A stretch of 64,000 nucleotides of DNA. It comes from Blastocatellia bacterium UBA7656. Lineage in GTDB: Bacteria > Acidobacteriota > Blastocatellia > UBA7656. Each line of letters starts with the position of its first letter. The stretch's first letter is position 1. The stretch covers positions 4,021 through 68,020 of the forward strand of contig DLHY01000152.1 of the NCBI GenBank assembly GCA_002483445.1. Reading direction: 5' to 3'. The notes beneath the pieces were generated by a model that was not told the DNA's origin, did not search any database, and saw only the letters and a program-made list of their open reading frames with translations. Positions 1-9,956 of the stretch are shown piece after piece. Both the position numbers and the translations under genes were made by a program.

Positions 1-215
1 CCGGTTTTCACCTCCGCTGTCGAAACGGTTTTGGCCGAAGAAGAGAAGTAGTAATAGCCCGCCGCTGCAAGAGCGACTATGGCCGACAGCGCGAGCAGTA
101 ATTTTTTCGGGGGAGCGTTTCGCCCTTGATGAGCGGGGGTTCTCTCGATGCGCAGACTTCGGAGCCGCTCGTTAAGCTCCCTCTTTTCCTCTTCGCTTTT
201 AGGGTTCGTAGCCAT
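1..215 (-). CDS. Partial gene (N-terminal 71 aa, runs off left edge): likely periplasmic adaptor/membrane-fusion (HlyD/MacA-like) protein.
   Basis: Reverse translation from ATG at 215 gives MATNPKSEEEKRELNERLRSLRIERTPAHQGRNAPPKKLLLALSAIVALAAAGYYYF: charged N-terminus, LRIER motif, single TM helix. Sits 20 bp downstream of the FtsX permease genes on the same strand. Confidence 0.35.
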   Translation of the reverse strand, partial: MATNPKSEEEKRELNERLRSLRIERTPAHQGRNAPPKKLLLALSAIVALAAAGYYYFSSSAKTVSTAEVKT

Positions 216-235
216 TCGATTCCTCACTAAATCCA

Positions 236-1396
236 TCAGGCGCGCAATGAATCAACGATTTTGAACCGCGACGCGCGGATCGAAGGCAGAAGCGAGCCGA
301 ACAGACCGATGCCTGCGCCGAAGATCAGAGCCGATAACATCAAATCAGGCGTCACCCGGAAATTAAAAGCGATCTCGCTGAAGTTCGTAAAATTAGCCGT
401 CCCGGTAGAGATGAAATTCAGAGGCAGAGCAAGCACGATGCCTATCGCTACACCTCCCATTGCCATCGCAATCGATTCCAGAACGAACGCCGTCAGTATG
501 CTGCGCCGCTTGAATCCCAGCACCCTGAGCGTTCCTATCTCTCTTGTACGACGCGAGACCGTAGCATACATCGTGTTCATTCCGGCAAAGGCGGCACCCA
601 CCGACATAATCAGAGAGACGAATACTCCAAGCCCTTTCAGCACGCCTGAAGCCGCGCCCTGCTGGTCTTCGTAAAACTGTTTTTCAGAGACGGCTTTCAA
701 CTGAAGCCTCTGGTCATCCGAGATTCGTTTGGCCAGAGAGTCCATCTCCGACTGATTGTTTACCCTAAGCAGCACGGAAGAGAAGGAGTCGCGTCGGGTG
801 GTGCTGGCGAGCGAGTTTGCGTCGACCCAAACCTCAGATTCGAAGGCCTTGCCACCGGCGTCGAACTTGCCGACGATGGTGTAATCGGTTCCCTGTATTC
901 GAAACTTGTCGCCTATATCGAGACCCTGAAACCGCTCTGCGATTCGCGTCGAAACTATGGCTTCGGCCAGACCCGTTTCATACATCCGGCCCGCGGCGAT
1001 CTTGAACCCTGAGCGCAGGCGCGTCGACATCGGGCCGACGCCGCGAATCGTGATATTCGATCCCTGACTCATTCCTTTGCGGGCGCGATAGATCAGGTTG
1101 ATCATTTCGGGAGAGGCGAGAGGCTGGTCTCCTTCGCGCGCCACACCTTCCAGAAACATCAGCGTGTTGAGTTTGTCGCGCTCGACATTGCTGTTGAGTT
1201 CCGCCGTGCTGCCCTGGCGAAGCACGATGAGGTTCAGAGGCTCGCCGCTCGTCTCAAGCGTCAGATCGATTCCGCGGGCCAGCGCCATCACCATCAGGTA
1301 GACCCCCACTGTCAGGCCGATGGTCAGCGCCGTAGCCAGCGTCGTCCCTTTGCGAACGGTCAGATTGCGAATGTTGTATTTCAGTGGCAGCGCCAT
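236..1396 (-). CDS. ABC transporter permease, FtsX/MacB-like family.
   Basis: 386 aa. N-terminal TM helix followed by a large periplasmic domain and a C-terminal FtsX-type 3-TM bundle (LRVLGFKRRSILTAFVLESIAMAMGG...). Start ATG overlaps upstream stop (TAATG). Confidence 0.85.
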   Translation of the reverse strand: MALPLKYNIRNLTVRKGTTLATALTIGLTVGVYLMVMALARGIDLTLETSGEPLNLIVLRQGSTAELNSNVERDKLNTLMFLEGVAREGDQPLASPEMINLIYRARKGMSQGSNITIRGVGPMSTRLRSGFKIAAGRMYETGLAEAIVSTRIAERFQGLDIGDKFRIQGTDYTIVGKFDAGGKAFESEVWVDANSLASTTRRDSFSSVLLRVNNQSEMDSLAKRISDDQRLQLKAVSEKQFYEDQQGAASGVLKGLGVFVSLIMSVGAAFAGMNTMYATVSRRTREIGTLRVLGFKRRSILTAFVLESIAMAMGGVAIGIVLALPLNFISTGTANFTNFSEIAFNFRVTPDLMLSALIFGAGIGLFGSLLPSIRASRFKIVDSLRA

Positions 1397-2541
1397 TATT
1401 CAGTACTCCGCAGCGCTTCGGCTATCGTCAGCCCGGAAACGCGATATGCCGAATAACTCACGCTCAGAAGGCCGACCACTACTGCAAGCGCAAAAGCCAC
1501 GATGAGCGTTTCGGCAGCCGGGATGAATGAGTAAAAATTCGGTATGTAGAGGCTCAGGTCGAAGGAGCGAAAGACAGTGGCGGCAAGGCCGACGCCGAGA
1601 GAGGCTCCTAATCCCGCGAGCAGCAACGATTCGCCCACGAAGAGCCAAACTATAGCGCCGCGCTGAAACCCGAGAGCCTTGAGCGTTCCGACTTCGCGCA
1701 CTCTTTCGCGCACGCTCATGGCCATGGAATTGGCCATCACCAGAAGGAGCGAAAAAGTGATCGCAGCTATGATGCCGTACATGAACTGTTTGACCCCGCC
1801 CATCATCGTTTGGAAACTCAGCGCGAACTCGCGCTCGGTTTCAGTCTTGGTGGGCGCGTCAGTGTTGAGGAATATAGAGTCTACGGCCTGAGCTATGCGC
1901 GGCACGTCCTCGGCGCTTGCGGCAAGGATGCTTAACATGCCGATTTTGTCTTTCGCCCAATCAGGCAGCAATTCGTGTTCGTTGAGATAGTCGTGATGAA
2001 AATAGAGCGTCTTTTCATCACCGCCCGTGTAGACACCCCGAATGATGAATTCCATATCGGTATTGTAGATGGGACTCTTGAGCGTGATCCTCTGACCCTT
2101 TTGAAAGCCGTAGAGCAAGACGAGTTTCTGTCCGACTATCGCTCCCTGTCGATCCTGCTCGAAAGCGCGCCACTCATCGTCCGACATTTTCATCTCGGTT
2201 ATGACTTCACGCAACAGGTCAGCGTCGACGGCGAAGTTGGCGAAGAAATTTTTCTCATCCTGATAGATTCCGCCGAACCAACTCATCGCCATCGCGCGCT
2301 TCACGCCAGACACGGCGGCGATCTTCTGTTTGTGGGCGGTGGGCAGCGGAAAAGTGAGCGAAACCGAATGGCGGGTGGCCAGCCTCAGAGGATTGGACTC
2401 ATCGGTTCCGCGAGTGAACTCGGTGACTATGGTCGCCAGCGTGATGATGAGAAAGAGCGACACGATCAGGCTGAGTATCGCCAGCAGCGAGCGCCGCTTG
2501 TTGCGCAGTATGTTCTTCCAAATCAGATGGCTGTATTTCAT
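1396..2541 (-). CDS. ABC transporter permease, FtsX/MacB-like family (paralogue of neighbour).
   Basis: MKYSHLIWKNILRNKRRSLLAILSLIVSLFLII..., C-terminal FtsX fold. Start chosen at ATG 2541 (GAGGGG SD 6 nt upstream); the ORF track's longer N-terminus is probably spurious. Confidence 0.85.
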   Translation of the reverse strand: MKYSHLIWKNILRNKRRSLLAILSLIVSLFLIITLATIVTEFTRGTDESNPLRLATRHSVSLTFPLPTAHKQKIAAVSGVKRAMAMSWFGGIYQDEKNFFANFAVDADLLREVITEMKMSDDEWRAFEQDRQGAIVGQKLVLLYGFQKGQRITLKSPIYNTDMEFIIRGVYTGGDEKTLYFHHDYLNEHELLPDWAKDKIGMLSILAASAEDVPRIAQAVDSIFLNTDAPTKTETEREFALSFQTMMGGVKQFMYGIIAAITFSLLLVMANSMAMSVRERVREVGTLKALGFQRGAIVWLFVGESLLLAGLGASLGVGLAATVFRSFDLSLYIPNFYSFIPAAETLIVAFALAVVVGLLSVSYSAYRVSGLTIAEALRSTE

Positions 2542-2770
2542 TATCATCCCCTCATTGTTGTCCGCTTTCGCTCCTGCTTCAAATGCGCAACATCGTACTA
2601 CAAGCAAACAGGTGTTTCAAGTATAAAATACGGTTCCATTTGTAAAAAACCATTCTACTTTGACTGGCGAAACTTTTGAAAAGTATCAGGCGGATTCATC
2701 TCGCCCGCTCGGCACTGACTGATACGCTGTTGGTGTTGGTGGTGTTCTATTGCTGCCTTCGATGCGTATT

Positions 2771-3094
2771 TCACGGACGGTCATTTGTTGCTCGACACTC
2801 TTCGCACTGGCACAACTCGCGCAGACGCTCCCATGTATAAATGCCGTCGTCGTGGCGGTCGCTGAACATGAATTTCACTCCGTAGCGGCCAACGTGTTCG
2901 GCTCCGGTTATGGTCAGATCGTCTACGAGCGTGCGCGGATCGAGTATGCGAAGGCCCGTGATTTCGTTGACGCAACGCGCGCATCTGCACTCGCCCCTGA
3001 GATATCGGGTGTGAAATACGCTCACGTGGCCGTCGTCCCAACTGACGGTCAATTCCTGCGGCCCGGTTTTTTTTATTTCTGTCGGCGTCGGCAT
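2771..3094 (-). CDS. DUF971 family small protein (gamma-butyrobetaine hydroxylase-like N-terminal domain).
   Basis: MPTPTEIKKTGPQELTVSWDDGHVSVFHTRYLRGECRCARCVNEITGLRILD... is the conserved DUF971 core with its CxC..C motif. Start moved to internal ATG at 3094. Confidence 0.6.
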   Translation of the reverse strand: MPTPTEIKKTGPQELTVSWDDGHVSVFHTRYLRGECRCARCVNEITGLRILDPRTLVDDLTITGAEHVGRYGVKFMFSDRHDDGIYTWERLRELCQCEECRATNDRP

Positions 3095-3098
3095 AATC

Positions 3099-3240
3099 AG
3101 GTTACAGGGAACAGGGGACAGGGGACAGGGAAACGCAATGAAAAAAATGGCTGATAAAAACAAGCTCGATTTCGCCTGAGCGATTACCTACAGCTTTGAT
3201 TCTCTTCATACCTGTAACCTGTTCCCTGTAACCTGTCCCC
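3099..3240. repeat. Large inverted repeat with GGTTACAGGGAACAGG-type tandem arms, flanking a ~75-bp spacer. Candidate terminator/REP-like element between crotonase and DUF971 genes.
   Basis: 3099-3130 caggttacagggaacaggggacaggggacaggg and 3211-3240 cctgtaacctgttccctgtaacctgtcccc are reverse complements (18-bp perfect core). The right arm directly abuts the crotonase stop codon. Confidence 0.6.
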
Positions 3241-4028
3241 TATTTGTGATGCCACTTGGGCGGGCGCTTGGCGATGAATGCCTCTATGCCCTCCACAGGG
3301 TCTTTGCGCGACATCAACTTGTTGAGATAGATATCTTCTGATTTCTTCAGCGCCTGATCGAAATTCAGTCCGGCGCTTTCAACTATCGCGCGTCGGGCCA
3401 TCTCAAGCGCGGTTGCGCTCAACTGTCTCAGCGCGTTTAGAATTTCTTCGCCCTTCGCTTCAAGCTTGTCGTCTTCGACAACGTAATTGACAAGCCCCAG
3501 TCGATTTGCGGTCGCTGCCGACATCAACTCGCCCGTCAGTATCAACTCGCGCGCTTTTTTGTCGCCAATGACTCGGGGCAAAACGACGGCGGCGACGGGC
3601 GGGAACGTGCCTATCTTGATTTCAGGCTGGCCGAATCTGGCGGATTGCCCGGCAACGACTATGTCGGCAAAGGCGGCAAGCTCGCATCCGCCGCCGAGCG
3701 CCGCCCCATGGACGAGCGCGATTACAGGCTTCGAGACGATGTTGAGCGTGCGAAAGATGGAATGAAAGGTGTCGAGCATCTGAAATACCGTCTCCGGCCT
3801 GTGTTCTTCAATCGATACTCCCGCCGAAAAAGCGCGTGTGCCGGAAGCGGCGGCAAACACTATAGCGCACACATCCGGCATCGAAGCGACGCGATTGACC
3901 GCATGGGCGATCTCTTTCATCATCGCGATATTGAACACATTGAGCGGCGCTCGCGCAAAAGACACGCGCGCCACGCGGTCAGTCACAGCAAATTGAATAT
4001 CTTTATACGGGCCAGCCATAGTTCGCAT
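3240..4028 (-). CDS. Enoyl-CoA hydratase/isomerase (crotonase) family protein.
   Basis: Crotonase-fold signatures FAAASGTRAFSAGVSIEE, ALVHGAALGGGCELAAFADIVVA, PEIKIGTFPP. Start ambiguous (4028 or 4019). Confidence 0.85.
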   Translation of the reverse strand: MRTMAGPYKDIQFAVTDRVARVSFARAPLNVFNIAMMKEIAHAVNRVASMPDVCAIVFAAASGTRAFSAGVSIEEHRPETVFQMLDTFHSIFRTLNIVSKPVIALVHGAALGGGCELAAFADIVVAGQSARFGQPEIKIGTFPPVAAVVLPRVIGDKKARELILTGELMSAATANRLGLVNYVVEDDKLEAKGEEILNALRQLSATALEMARRAIVESAGLNFDQALKKSEDIYLNKLMSRKDPVEGIEAFIAKRPPKWHHK

Positions 4029-4105
4029 GATGCACAGCCATCGGCTTTTTGTCATCCGAGCCTGGGAGCGCAAAGACTCGAATTCGCGCATCCCAGGCCG
4101 CCTTT

Positions 4106-4978
4106 TCATTTCGCCTTGAACAGGCTGTCGTCGAGAGGCTCCTTATGAGAAACCTTCTGCACCGAAAGCTCCCAGTCCCGGAGGTCTGCGCGGAACCCTG
4201 ATTCGCGCGCGAGTTGCAACTTGTAGCGGTGCGGGAGCGTCACCCCGTCGACTGCGCGAAAGTCGTCGAACTCTTCGGTGAGTTGTTGACGAGTGGACTG
4301 CATTCTGGACGAATCAGGAGCGTCTGAGCCGAACGTGTTATCGATTTCATATCTGTATTCGGTGCGAAGGTGACGGAACGTCTCGGCGTCGAAGTACAGC
4401 GTGATTTTCAAATCAGCCAGCCCTTTGCGTTTGCGATAATCCACCGCGTGCGCCTGCTGACCCTCGACTTTCTTCAGTCCTTTATACTCCAGCCGGGGCT
4501 GCCTCTCCTCCATTCGCGCGAGCGGCCAGGTCGTCGAAAGCACTCCGCCCACCAATCCTTCCTGAAGCGGCAATTGAAATCGGAAGAAAAAGTCGCTCAG
4601 AGGCTGGCCCTTTTGATACTGAAGGAACCCAGTGGCGACGCGCTCTCCGTCGAATATGATCTCTTCTTCTTTTCTGTCGCGAAGGATTCTCGGCCACAGT
4701 ATGGTGCAGCGGAACTTCGCGCCCGCAGAAATTATTCTCGCGACCGTATCCTCCTGATATGGGCTGCCGGTGCGTATGACGAACTTCAACTGGCCGCTGG
4801 CCATACGGGTTTTGATCGCAGAGCGGGCCTCCGGGCTGCCGATGGATTCGAGATGACGCGAGAGGAGTTCCTCAATCGTCATCTTTTTATCCTGAGCGAG
4901 CGAAGGGTTGATCAAATTCGCGGAGAAACTCAAGGCGATGAAAATCGATGCAAGATAGATGAGAAAGCTTTTGTTCAT
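4106..4978 (-). CDS. Secreted hypothetical protein (signal peptide; possibly LolA/DUF3108-like beta-barrel).
   Basis: MNKSFLIYLASIFIALSFSANLINPSLAQ signal peptide; no catalytic motifs recognised. Confidence 0.5.
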   Translation of the reverse strand: MNKSFLIYLASIFIALSFSANLINPSLAQDKKMTIEELLSRHLESIGSPEARSAIKTRMASGQLKFVIRTGSPYQEDTVARIISAGAKFRCTILWPRILRDRKEEEIIFDGERVATGFLQYQKGQPLSDFFFRFQLPLQEGLVGGVLSTTWPLARMEERQPRLEYKGLKKVEGQQAHAVDYRKRKGLADLKITLYFDAETFRHLRTEYRYEIDNTFGSDAPDSSRMQSTRQQLTEEFDDFRAVDGVTLPHRYKLQLARESGFRADLRDWELSVQKVSHKEPLDDSLFKAK

Positions 4979-5006
4979 GATACTGCCTCCTGGGGTTTGA
5001 GACGCT

Positions 5007-6542
5007 TCACATCCGCGTAATCATATCCGATTCAATCGCGCCCGCAATCGAAGAAGCTTCTTCCATCAGTCTTCGTATCTCGCTTCGTATCTCGCTGGCT
5101 TCTTCTGCGGGAAGCATACTGAGATTGACTCCCACGTTGTAGCAAGCGCCTTTTGTTGCCGCAAGCGCCATCTGCCCGCCTGTGGCTATGTCTGAAAATG
5201 CGTTCTGATTCGCGATCCTCGAAAGCTCGCTCAGATACTTTAACACTTCAACTGCGCGACGTGCCGTCTCCATCGGCGCGCCTGCCGCCCTGCGCCCTGC
5301 CGCTTCTATCCTGAGATTACGCTCCGCCTTCTGCTCCTCCGTCTCTTTCGGCAGGCGGTAGGCTTCCATCACTGCCTCGAAGCTCGCCGCATCTTCAGCG
5401 ATCAAAGCGCGCAACCTCCCGCCTATGCGCTCAAGCTCCGACGCGATCTCTTTTACTCGCGGCTCCACATCGGCGTACTTCTTTTTGCCAACGGTGAGAT
5501 TGCAAACCATTCGACCGAGCGAAGCGGCAAGCGCGCCCGAATGCGCCGCGACGCTGCCTCCTCCGGGCGTGGGCGTGTTTGCCGCGACAAGCTCGCTGAA
5601 CGTTCCTGTGCTATCTGCAAGATTATCTTCCGCAGTTTCCGCGGCGGCTTGCAGCCTGTGTTCAAGTATCTGATCCGGGCTGAAGTTCTCAAGCCTGAGA
5701 TAAAAATCCACAGCAGCATCGAGGGCGCGCTGAGGGACGAGTCCGACGATCTCTGATCCGACTATTGCCACGCCATAACGTTCGGCTTCGCGGCGGATCA
5801 TTTCGAAAGCGCGAAACAGGGGCGTTCCCTCGTAGTTGACCATGTTCATCGAGACCTGAACTATACGGCGATCTTTCAATTCGAATCCTAAAGCTTTCAC
5901 GTAACGAAGCCCGCCGGTCTGATGGCGCACGGCGCGAGCGATTCGGTGTGCAATCTCTATGTCAGATGTTGCGAGGTTCACGTTATAGGCGATGAGCGGC
6001 GGGCGCGCGCCGACGGCTGTAATTCCCGCCGTCGGATGAAGGCGGGCCTCTCCTAAGTCGGGCAGTCGCGCAGGGTTCGAAGCTATCTCGTCGCGTATGC
6101 CTTCGAACTGCCCTTTGCGCAACGCGGCGAGGTTTTCTCTTTCGGGCCGCGCGGCCGCTTTTTCATAAAGGTAAACCGGGATGCCGAGTTCTTTCCACAT
6201 CCTTTCGCCGCACTCTCGCGCAAGACGGACGCAATCATCCATAGTCACGCCCGCGATAGGAACGAAGGGGATGACATCGGTTGCGCCCATGCGCGGATGC
6301 TCGCCCTTGTGATGATTGAGGTCGATTAACGCGGCGGCTTTGCGCGCGGCAGCCAGCGCGGCATCGACTACTCGTTCGGGCGCGGCGACGAAGGTGATGA
6401 CTGAGCGGTTATGATCCGGGTCGGATTCGCGGTCTAACAGCACCGCGCCGGGGGTGGATCGTATGGCCGCGACTATCTCATCGATGACTTCAGCGCGACG
6501 GCCTTCGCTGAAGTTCGGTATGCATTCGACTATGTTTCGCAT
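5007..6542 (-). CDS. ftcD: Glutamate formimidoyltransferase fused to formiminotetrahydrofolate cyclodeaminase (FtcD-like, histidine degradation).
   Basis: N-terminus MRNIVECIPNFSEGRRAEVIDEIV...VITFVAAPE...HPRMGATDVIPFVP is the formiminotransferase domain; C-terminal ~200 aa (TFSELVAANTPTPGGGSVAAHSGALAASLGRMVCNLT) is the cyclodeaminase domain. Confidence 0.85.
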   Translation of the reverse strand: MRNIVECIPNFSEGRRAEVIDEIVAAIRSTPGAVLLDRESDPDHNRSVITFVAAPERVVDAALAAARKAAALIDLNHHKGEHPRMGATDVIPFVPIAGVTMDDCVRLARECGERMWKELGIPVYLYEKAAARPERENLAALRKGQFEGIRDEIASNPARLPDLGEARLHPTAGITAVGARPPLIAYNVNLATSDIEIAHRIARAVRHQTGGLRYVKALGFELKDRRIVQVSMNMVNYEGTPLFRAFEMIRREAERYGVAIVGSEIVGLVPQRALDAAVDFYLRLENFSPDQILEHRLQAAAETAEDNLADSTGTFSELVAANTPTPGGGSVAAHSGALAASLGRMVCNLTVGKKKYADVEPRVKEIASELERIGGRLRALIAEDAASFEAVMEAYRLPKETEEQKAERNLRIEAAGRRAAGAPMETARRAVEVLKYLSELSRIANQNAFSDIATGGQMALAATKGACYNVGVNLSMLPAEEASEIRSEIRRLMEEASSIAGAIESDMITRM

Positions 6543-6711
6543 CCCTTTTGGAAGTGAATCTCCGTCTCTTCAAGTTTGCCTGCAAAGAAAGACTTTGTAG
6601 CTCAAAAGCGGGCTGGGGCGCAATGCGTAAACGACGCGCTCAAAACAAATCTTTCAGCGTGCGGAAGATCGGTGATATCGATCCGCGCCTTGCGCCCCGA
6701 TTCCCCCCTCT

Positions 6712-6739
6712 TTGACGCCGCAGCCTCGACGGGTATAAG
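6712..6739 (+). promoter_or_regulatory. Candidate sigma70-type promoter (TTGACG-16 nt-TATAAG) for downstream secreted-protein gene.
   Basis: ttgacg at 6712-6717 and tataag at 6734-6739 (16-nt spacer). AGGAGA SD at 6761-6766 and TTG start at 6773 follow. Confidence 0.4.
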
Positions 6740-6772
6740 TTGTTTCAAGCTTGTGGCAAAGGAGAGCCGGCT

Positions 6773-7294
6773 TTGAAAAAAGTTTTTATTCTGGTTCTTG
6801 CCTGCATACTTATTTCAATAACGACTGCGGCTTCGCAGACCCGCAAACGCGGCAGCGCGAAACGCCCCGCGCCCTCGACAACTTTCGCAGAGAAACAACA
6901 GGCCGAAATTCGGGCTGGCTGCGTGAGAATCGCCGTGCAGATCAAAGCCCTGACGCAGTTCCTCTATCTGTTGGGGGGCATATCGAAAACCATCGAATCT
7001 GCCGAGCAGGCCACCCGCAATCGCGAGCCTTCTCAGCTTACTCCTGAACAGATCGAGCAAACCAAAGTCAAAATCAAAGAGAGCGTCAGAAATGTTCGCG
7101 TGGGTCTCGATGAGCTTGAGCGAGGGTTTCGGTTCAATCCGGCGCTGACAACCTTCTACCCATACCTGTCAGGAGTGGCCGTCATTGGCAAGACAGCCGA
7201 GAATCAGGCTGCGGGCAACAACTTCGATGAGTCAGGCAGATCGCTCATCCGCGCTGTCAATAAACTGACAGACGCTCTGGTTGCGATGCGATGA
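6773..7294 (+). CDS. Secreted hypothetical protein.
   Basis: In-frame TTG start with SD; product begins (M)KKVFILVLACILISITTAASQ (signal peptide). The ORF-track ATG at 6740 lies upstream of the predicted promoter -10. Confidence 0.45.
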   Translation: MKKVFILVLACILISITTAASQTRKRGSAKRPAPSTTFAEKQQAEIRAGCVRIAVQIKALTQFLYLLGGISKTIESAEQATRNREPSQLTPEQIEQTKVKIKESVRNVRVGLDELERGFRFNPALTTFYPYLSGVAVIGKTAENQAAGNNFDESGRSLIRAVNKLTDALVAMR

Positions 7295-7358
7295 AGCGAT
7301 CAGGTCGCAAAAACAGGGCAGGGACAGCGCCATATCGACGGCCTGTCCCTGCCCTGTT

Positions 7359-9167
7359 TTACTGAACTGTGATGACGCGCAATCGGTAGTTGGCGTTTCC
7401 TTCGAACGCGCTAATCCCGATGATGTAATCGCCCGGAGGGAGCGAAAATGGCATCGAGATTTGCTCCTTTCCCGTAAGCCCCAGGCTTGCGCCTATCAGA
7501 TTCGGGTCGTTGAGATTCGATTTCTTCTTGTTGACGCTCGACAGGAACAGATAAAGATCGAGATCGCCCGCCCCCGATGTCGCATCGAGGAATATGTAGA
7601 CTCTGGTCGAGCTTGTGACAGTGAACTTGTACAGGTCTTCGATCTTGTCGGTAAATCCTCCGCCGAGATCCATCTTCAGAACTGAAGAATCCGTCGAGTC
7701 GGCACCTCCCGTCACGTCGGCGAGAATGCCGATGCGGTCAGCCTTGTTCGTTTTGTGATTCGGCTCCGATTCAGCGACGGCCACGAGCGGCGCGGTGGAA
7801 AACCCGTTGAGGATGATATCGATGCCTGTCGTCACCTGGCCCGCCGCGACCGCTACAGGTTCGAAGTCGGTCGCCGCATCCGAAGCCGCGCCCGATTCGC
7901 GCGGCCCGCTGTAGAACTCCTGAACCGGCAGTATGTACTGCTCGTTCAGTTGGCCGATTGAAGAGCCTCCTGTAGCGTCGGGGTTGATCTGCTGAATCTC
8001 CACGAGGTAATTACCCGGCGGCAATCCCTGAATCCGATAGCGCCCCTCGCCGAAGTTGACGCTCGTCACCGCGCTCACGGCTGTCGCTAGTGGGTCGGTC
8101 ACGGTCTGCGGCTGAGGAGTTTCAGGCACTCCGAAAGCATCAAGCAGGGGCGGGACGGTGAAAGCAGGCGTACCGGCAGCCGGAGGGTATGCGCCCTGAT
8201 CTATGCGGCGAGCGACGACGTTGATTCCCGGCACGGGTATATCGCCCGATGAAGCGCCTACTATCACGCGCCCTTCTATCGTTCCGGTATTGGTCGCAAA
8301 ATCCGGCGTGGGATAGAGAGCCGAAAGCGCGTTCTGGGTGTCCAGATCGAGGGTGGCTATGAAGAATCCCGAATCGGGAAACTGAGCGCCGAGTTGTGAC
8401 CCTGCGGGCGCGTCGAATATGAACGGGTAGACCGTCTCAGTGAAAGGCCCGAAAAGATCATACGCCTGCGCCTGAGTGAAACCGGGCGGCAGGGGTTGGA
8501 GAGAAGAGCGGGCGAACCGATCCGCGAAATGGCCGTTGATCTGCGAGTGATCGAGCGGCCCGGCGAAGTGGCCGAACTCGTGCGTGAAGACTCCAAGCAG
8601 CGAAGTGGTTGAGAGCGAAGCGGGAGGAGAGAGAGACCGCCCGTTGATGACCACCGCGCCTTCGCGCAGGGTGTTCGACGGATCATCGATCTGCAAAAAA
8701 GTGAAGAACCCTAAAACGAGCGGGTCTCTGGTTATCGTGCCATCGCTGTCGAATATGATGGGGTTTTGAAAGGTCGGAGTGCTAGGGCTGAGGAACCTGC
8801 CGACATTCGAGCCGTTCACATCGACCTCCATTCCGGTGGTCGGGTCTATTATCCGTCCGGCGTTCACGAATTCTATGCTCGCGAACGGGATATCGGTGTA
8901 GAGGTTGAAAATTCGATCAACAATCGCCGTCGCATCCGCTTCCGAAAGCGTGCCGAGCGTTCCCTTGTCGACGCGATAAAGGACGCGGCCCGCCGCATCG
9001 ACGGTGGCTGAATTCAAAGCTCCGCCTCTCACTTCGCTCCTCGCCCAAAGCGTGGGCTGCCCGTCAAGAAGAAGCAGCGGCCCTCCCGCTTTGACCGCAG
9101 GTATTATGATCGCGGCCAGAGCGATGAGAATCGCAGGCAGTAGAATTTTTACGCGAAGATATTTCAT
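7359..9167 (-). CDS. Secreted zinc metalloprotease (HExxHxxGxxD zincin, M6/M7-like) with C-terminal pre-peptidase (PPC) domain.
   Basis: Signal peptide MKYLRVKILLPAILIALAAIII; zincin motif THEFGHFAGPLDH; C-terminal ~100 aa (KFTVTSSTRVYIFLD...GDLDLYLF...YRLRV) resembles a PPC/bacterial pre-peptidase domain. Confidence 0.7.
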   Translation of the reverse strand: MKYLRVKILLPAILIALAAIIIPAVKAGGPLLLLDGQPTLWARSEVRGGALNSATVDAAGRVLYRVDKGTLGTLSEADATAIVDRIFNLYTDIPFASIEFVNAGRIIDPTTGMEVDVNGSNVGRFLSPSTPTFQNPIIFDSDGTITRDPLVLGFFTFLQIDDPSNTLREGAVVINGRSLSPPASLSTTSLLGVFTHEFGHFAGPLDHSQINGHFADRFARSSLQPLPPGFTQAQAYDLFGPFTETVYPFIFDAPAGSQLGAQFPDSGFFIATLDLDTQNALSALYPTPDFATNTGTIEGRVIVGASSGDIPVPGINVVARRIDQGAYPPAAGTPAFTVPPLLDAFGVPETPQPQTVTDPLATAVSAVTSVNFGEGRYRIQGLPPGNYLVEIQQINPDATGGSSIGQLNEQYILPVQEFYSGPRESGAASDAATDFEPVAVAAGQVTTGIDIILNGFSTAPLVAVAESEPNHKTNKADRIGILADVTGGADSTDSSVLKMDLGGGFTDKIEDLYKFTVTSSTRVYIFLDATSGAGDLDLYLFLSSVNKKKSNLNDPNLIGASLGLTGKEQISMPFSLPPGDYIIGISAFEGNANYRLRVITVQ

Positions 9168-9931
9168 TTAAGCAGCCCTCCTTTCTGCCCGCCCGTTATG
9201 ACGCCTTTTTCGCCTCCGTGAGCCGAGACGATCTGTTCCACGATCTCGACGAGAGAATCGAGCGGCAAAGCGCCGCGCCTTCGCGTGACGCTTTCAACAG
9301 CCTGTATGGAGAGCGGCTGATCGCGGTCGGGAAAGACCACGCGGGCATCTTCGGGTTTCACTCCCAATCCCGTGTAGGGAGCGGTGAATAGTCCGAGGTT
9401 GTTTATGGAATTCTGCGCAAGCTCCTGACCCGAAGGCATACGCGTGATGAAGAACGCTCCCTGATAAAGCCCCACAGGAGAAGTGCCTCGCGCAGAGTCG
9501 GCGTTGAGAAACAGCATAACGCGGTCGCCCTCTTTGTAAGGGTTCATTCCATGCAGGAAAGTTTTTGTCGAAACCGCGCGCCCGTGCATAGTCAGCCTTC
9601 CCCCTTTGGCCGGACGCGACGCATGGCCGAGATGTTTGACTGTCATCTGCTTCGACACACGGCCTTTGATGGCGCGCTCTATTTCAAAAGTGTAAAGAGT
9701 GACTGGCAATATGCCCCCGGCAATCTCTTCTTCCGTCTCTACGATCGACAGGCAGCGACCGACGAAGACTCGATCAGCCATCACGGACATCTCTTCGAGA
9801 TTGACTCTTCGCACCAGATGATGAGCGTCTCCGATAAGGGAGGATGCCAGTCCATAGAGCGCGATGATCGTAATTGATAGCACCGCCTTGATACGATGTG
9901 TGTGCATAAAAACTCCTTGAGTGAATCTCAA
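9164..9931 (-). CDS. Secreted hypothetical protein, translationally coupled to the metalloprotease gene (4-bp overlap).
   Basis: Signal peptide (KAVLSITIIALYGLASSLIG); no recognisable domain. Confidence 0.5.
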   Translation of the reverse strand: MRFTQGVFMHTHRIKAVLSITIIALYGLASSLIGDAHHLVRRVNLEEMSVMADRVFVGRCLSIVETEEEIAGGILPVTLYTFEIERAIKGRVSKQMTVKHLGHASRPAKGGRLTMHGRAVSTKTFLHGMNPYKEGDRVMLFLNADSARGTSPVGLYQGAFFITRMPSGQELAQNSINNLGLFTAPYTGLGVKPEDARVVFPDRDQPLSIQAVESVTRRRGALPLDSLVEIVEQIVSAHGGEKGVITGGQKGGLLK

Positions 9932-9956
9932 ACTTTAAATCTCAAATCCGAGATCG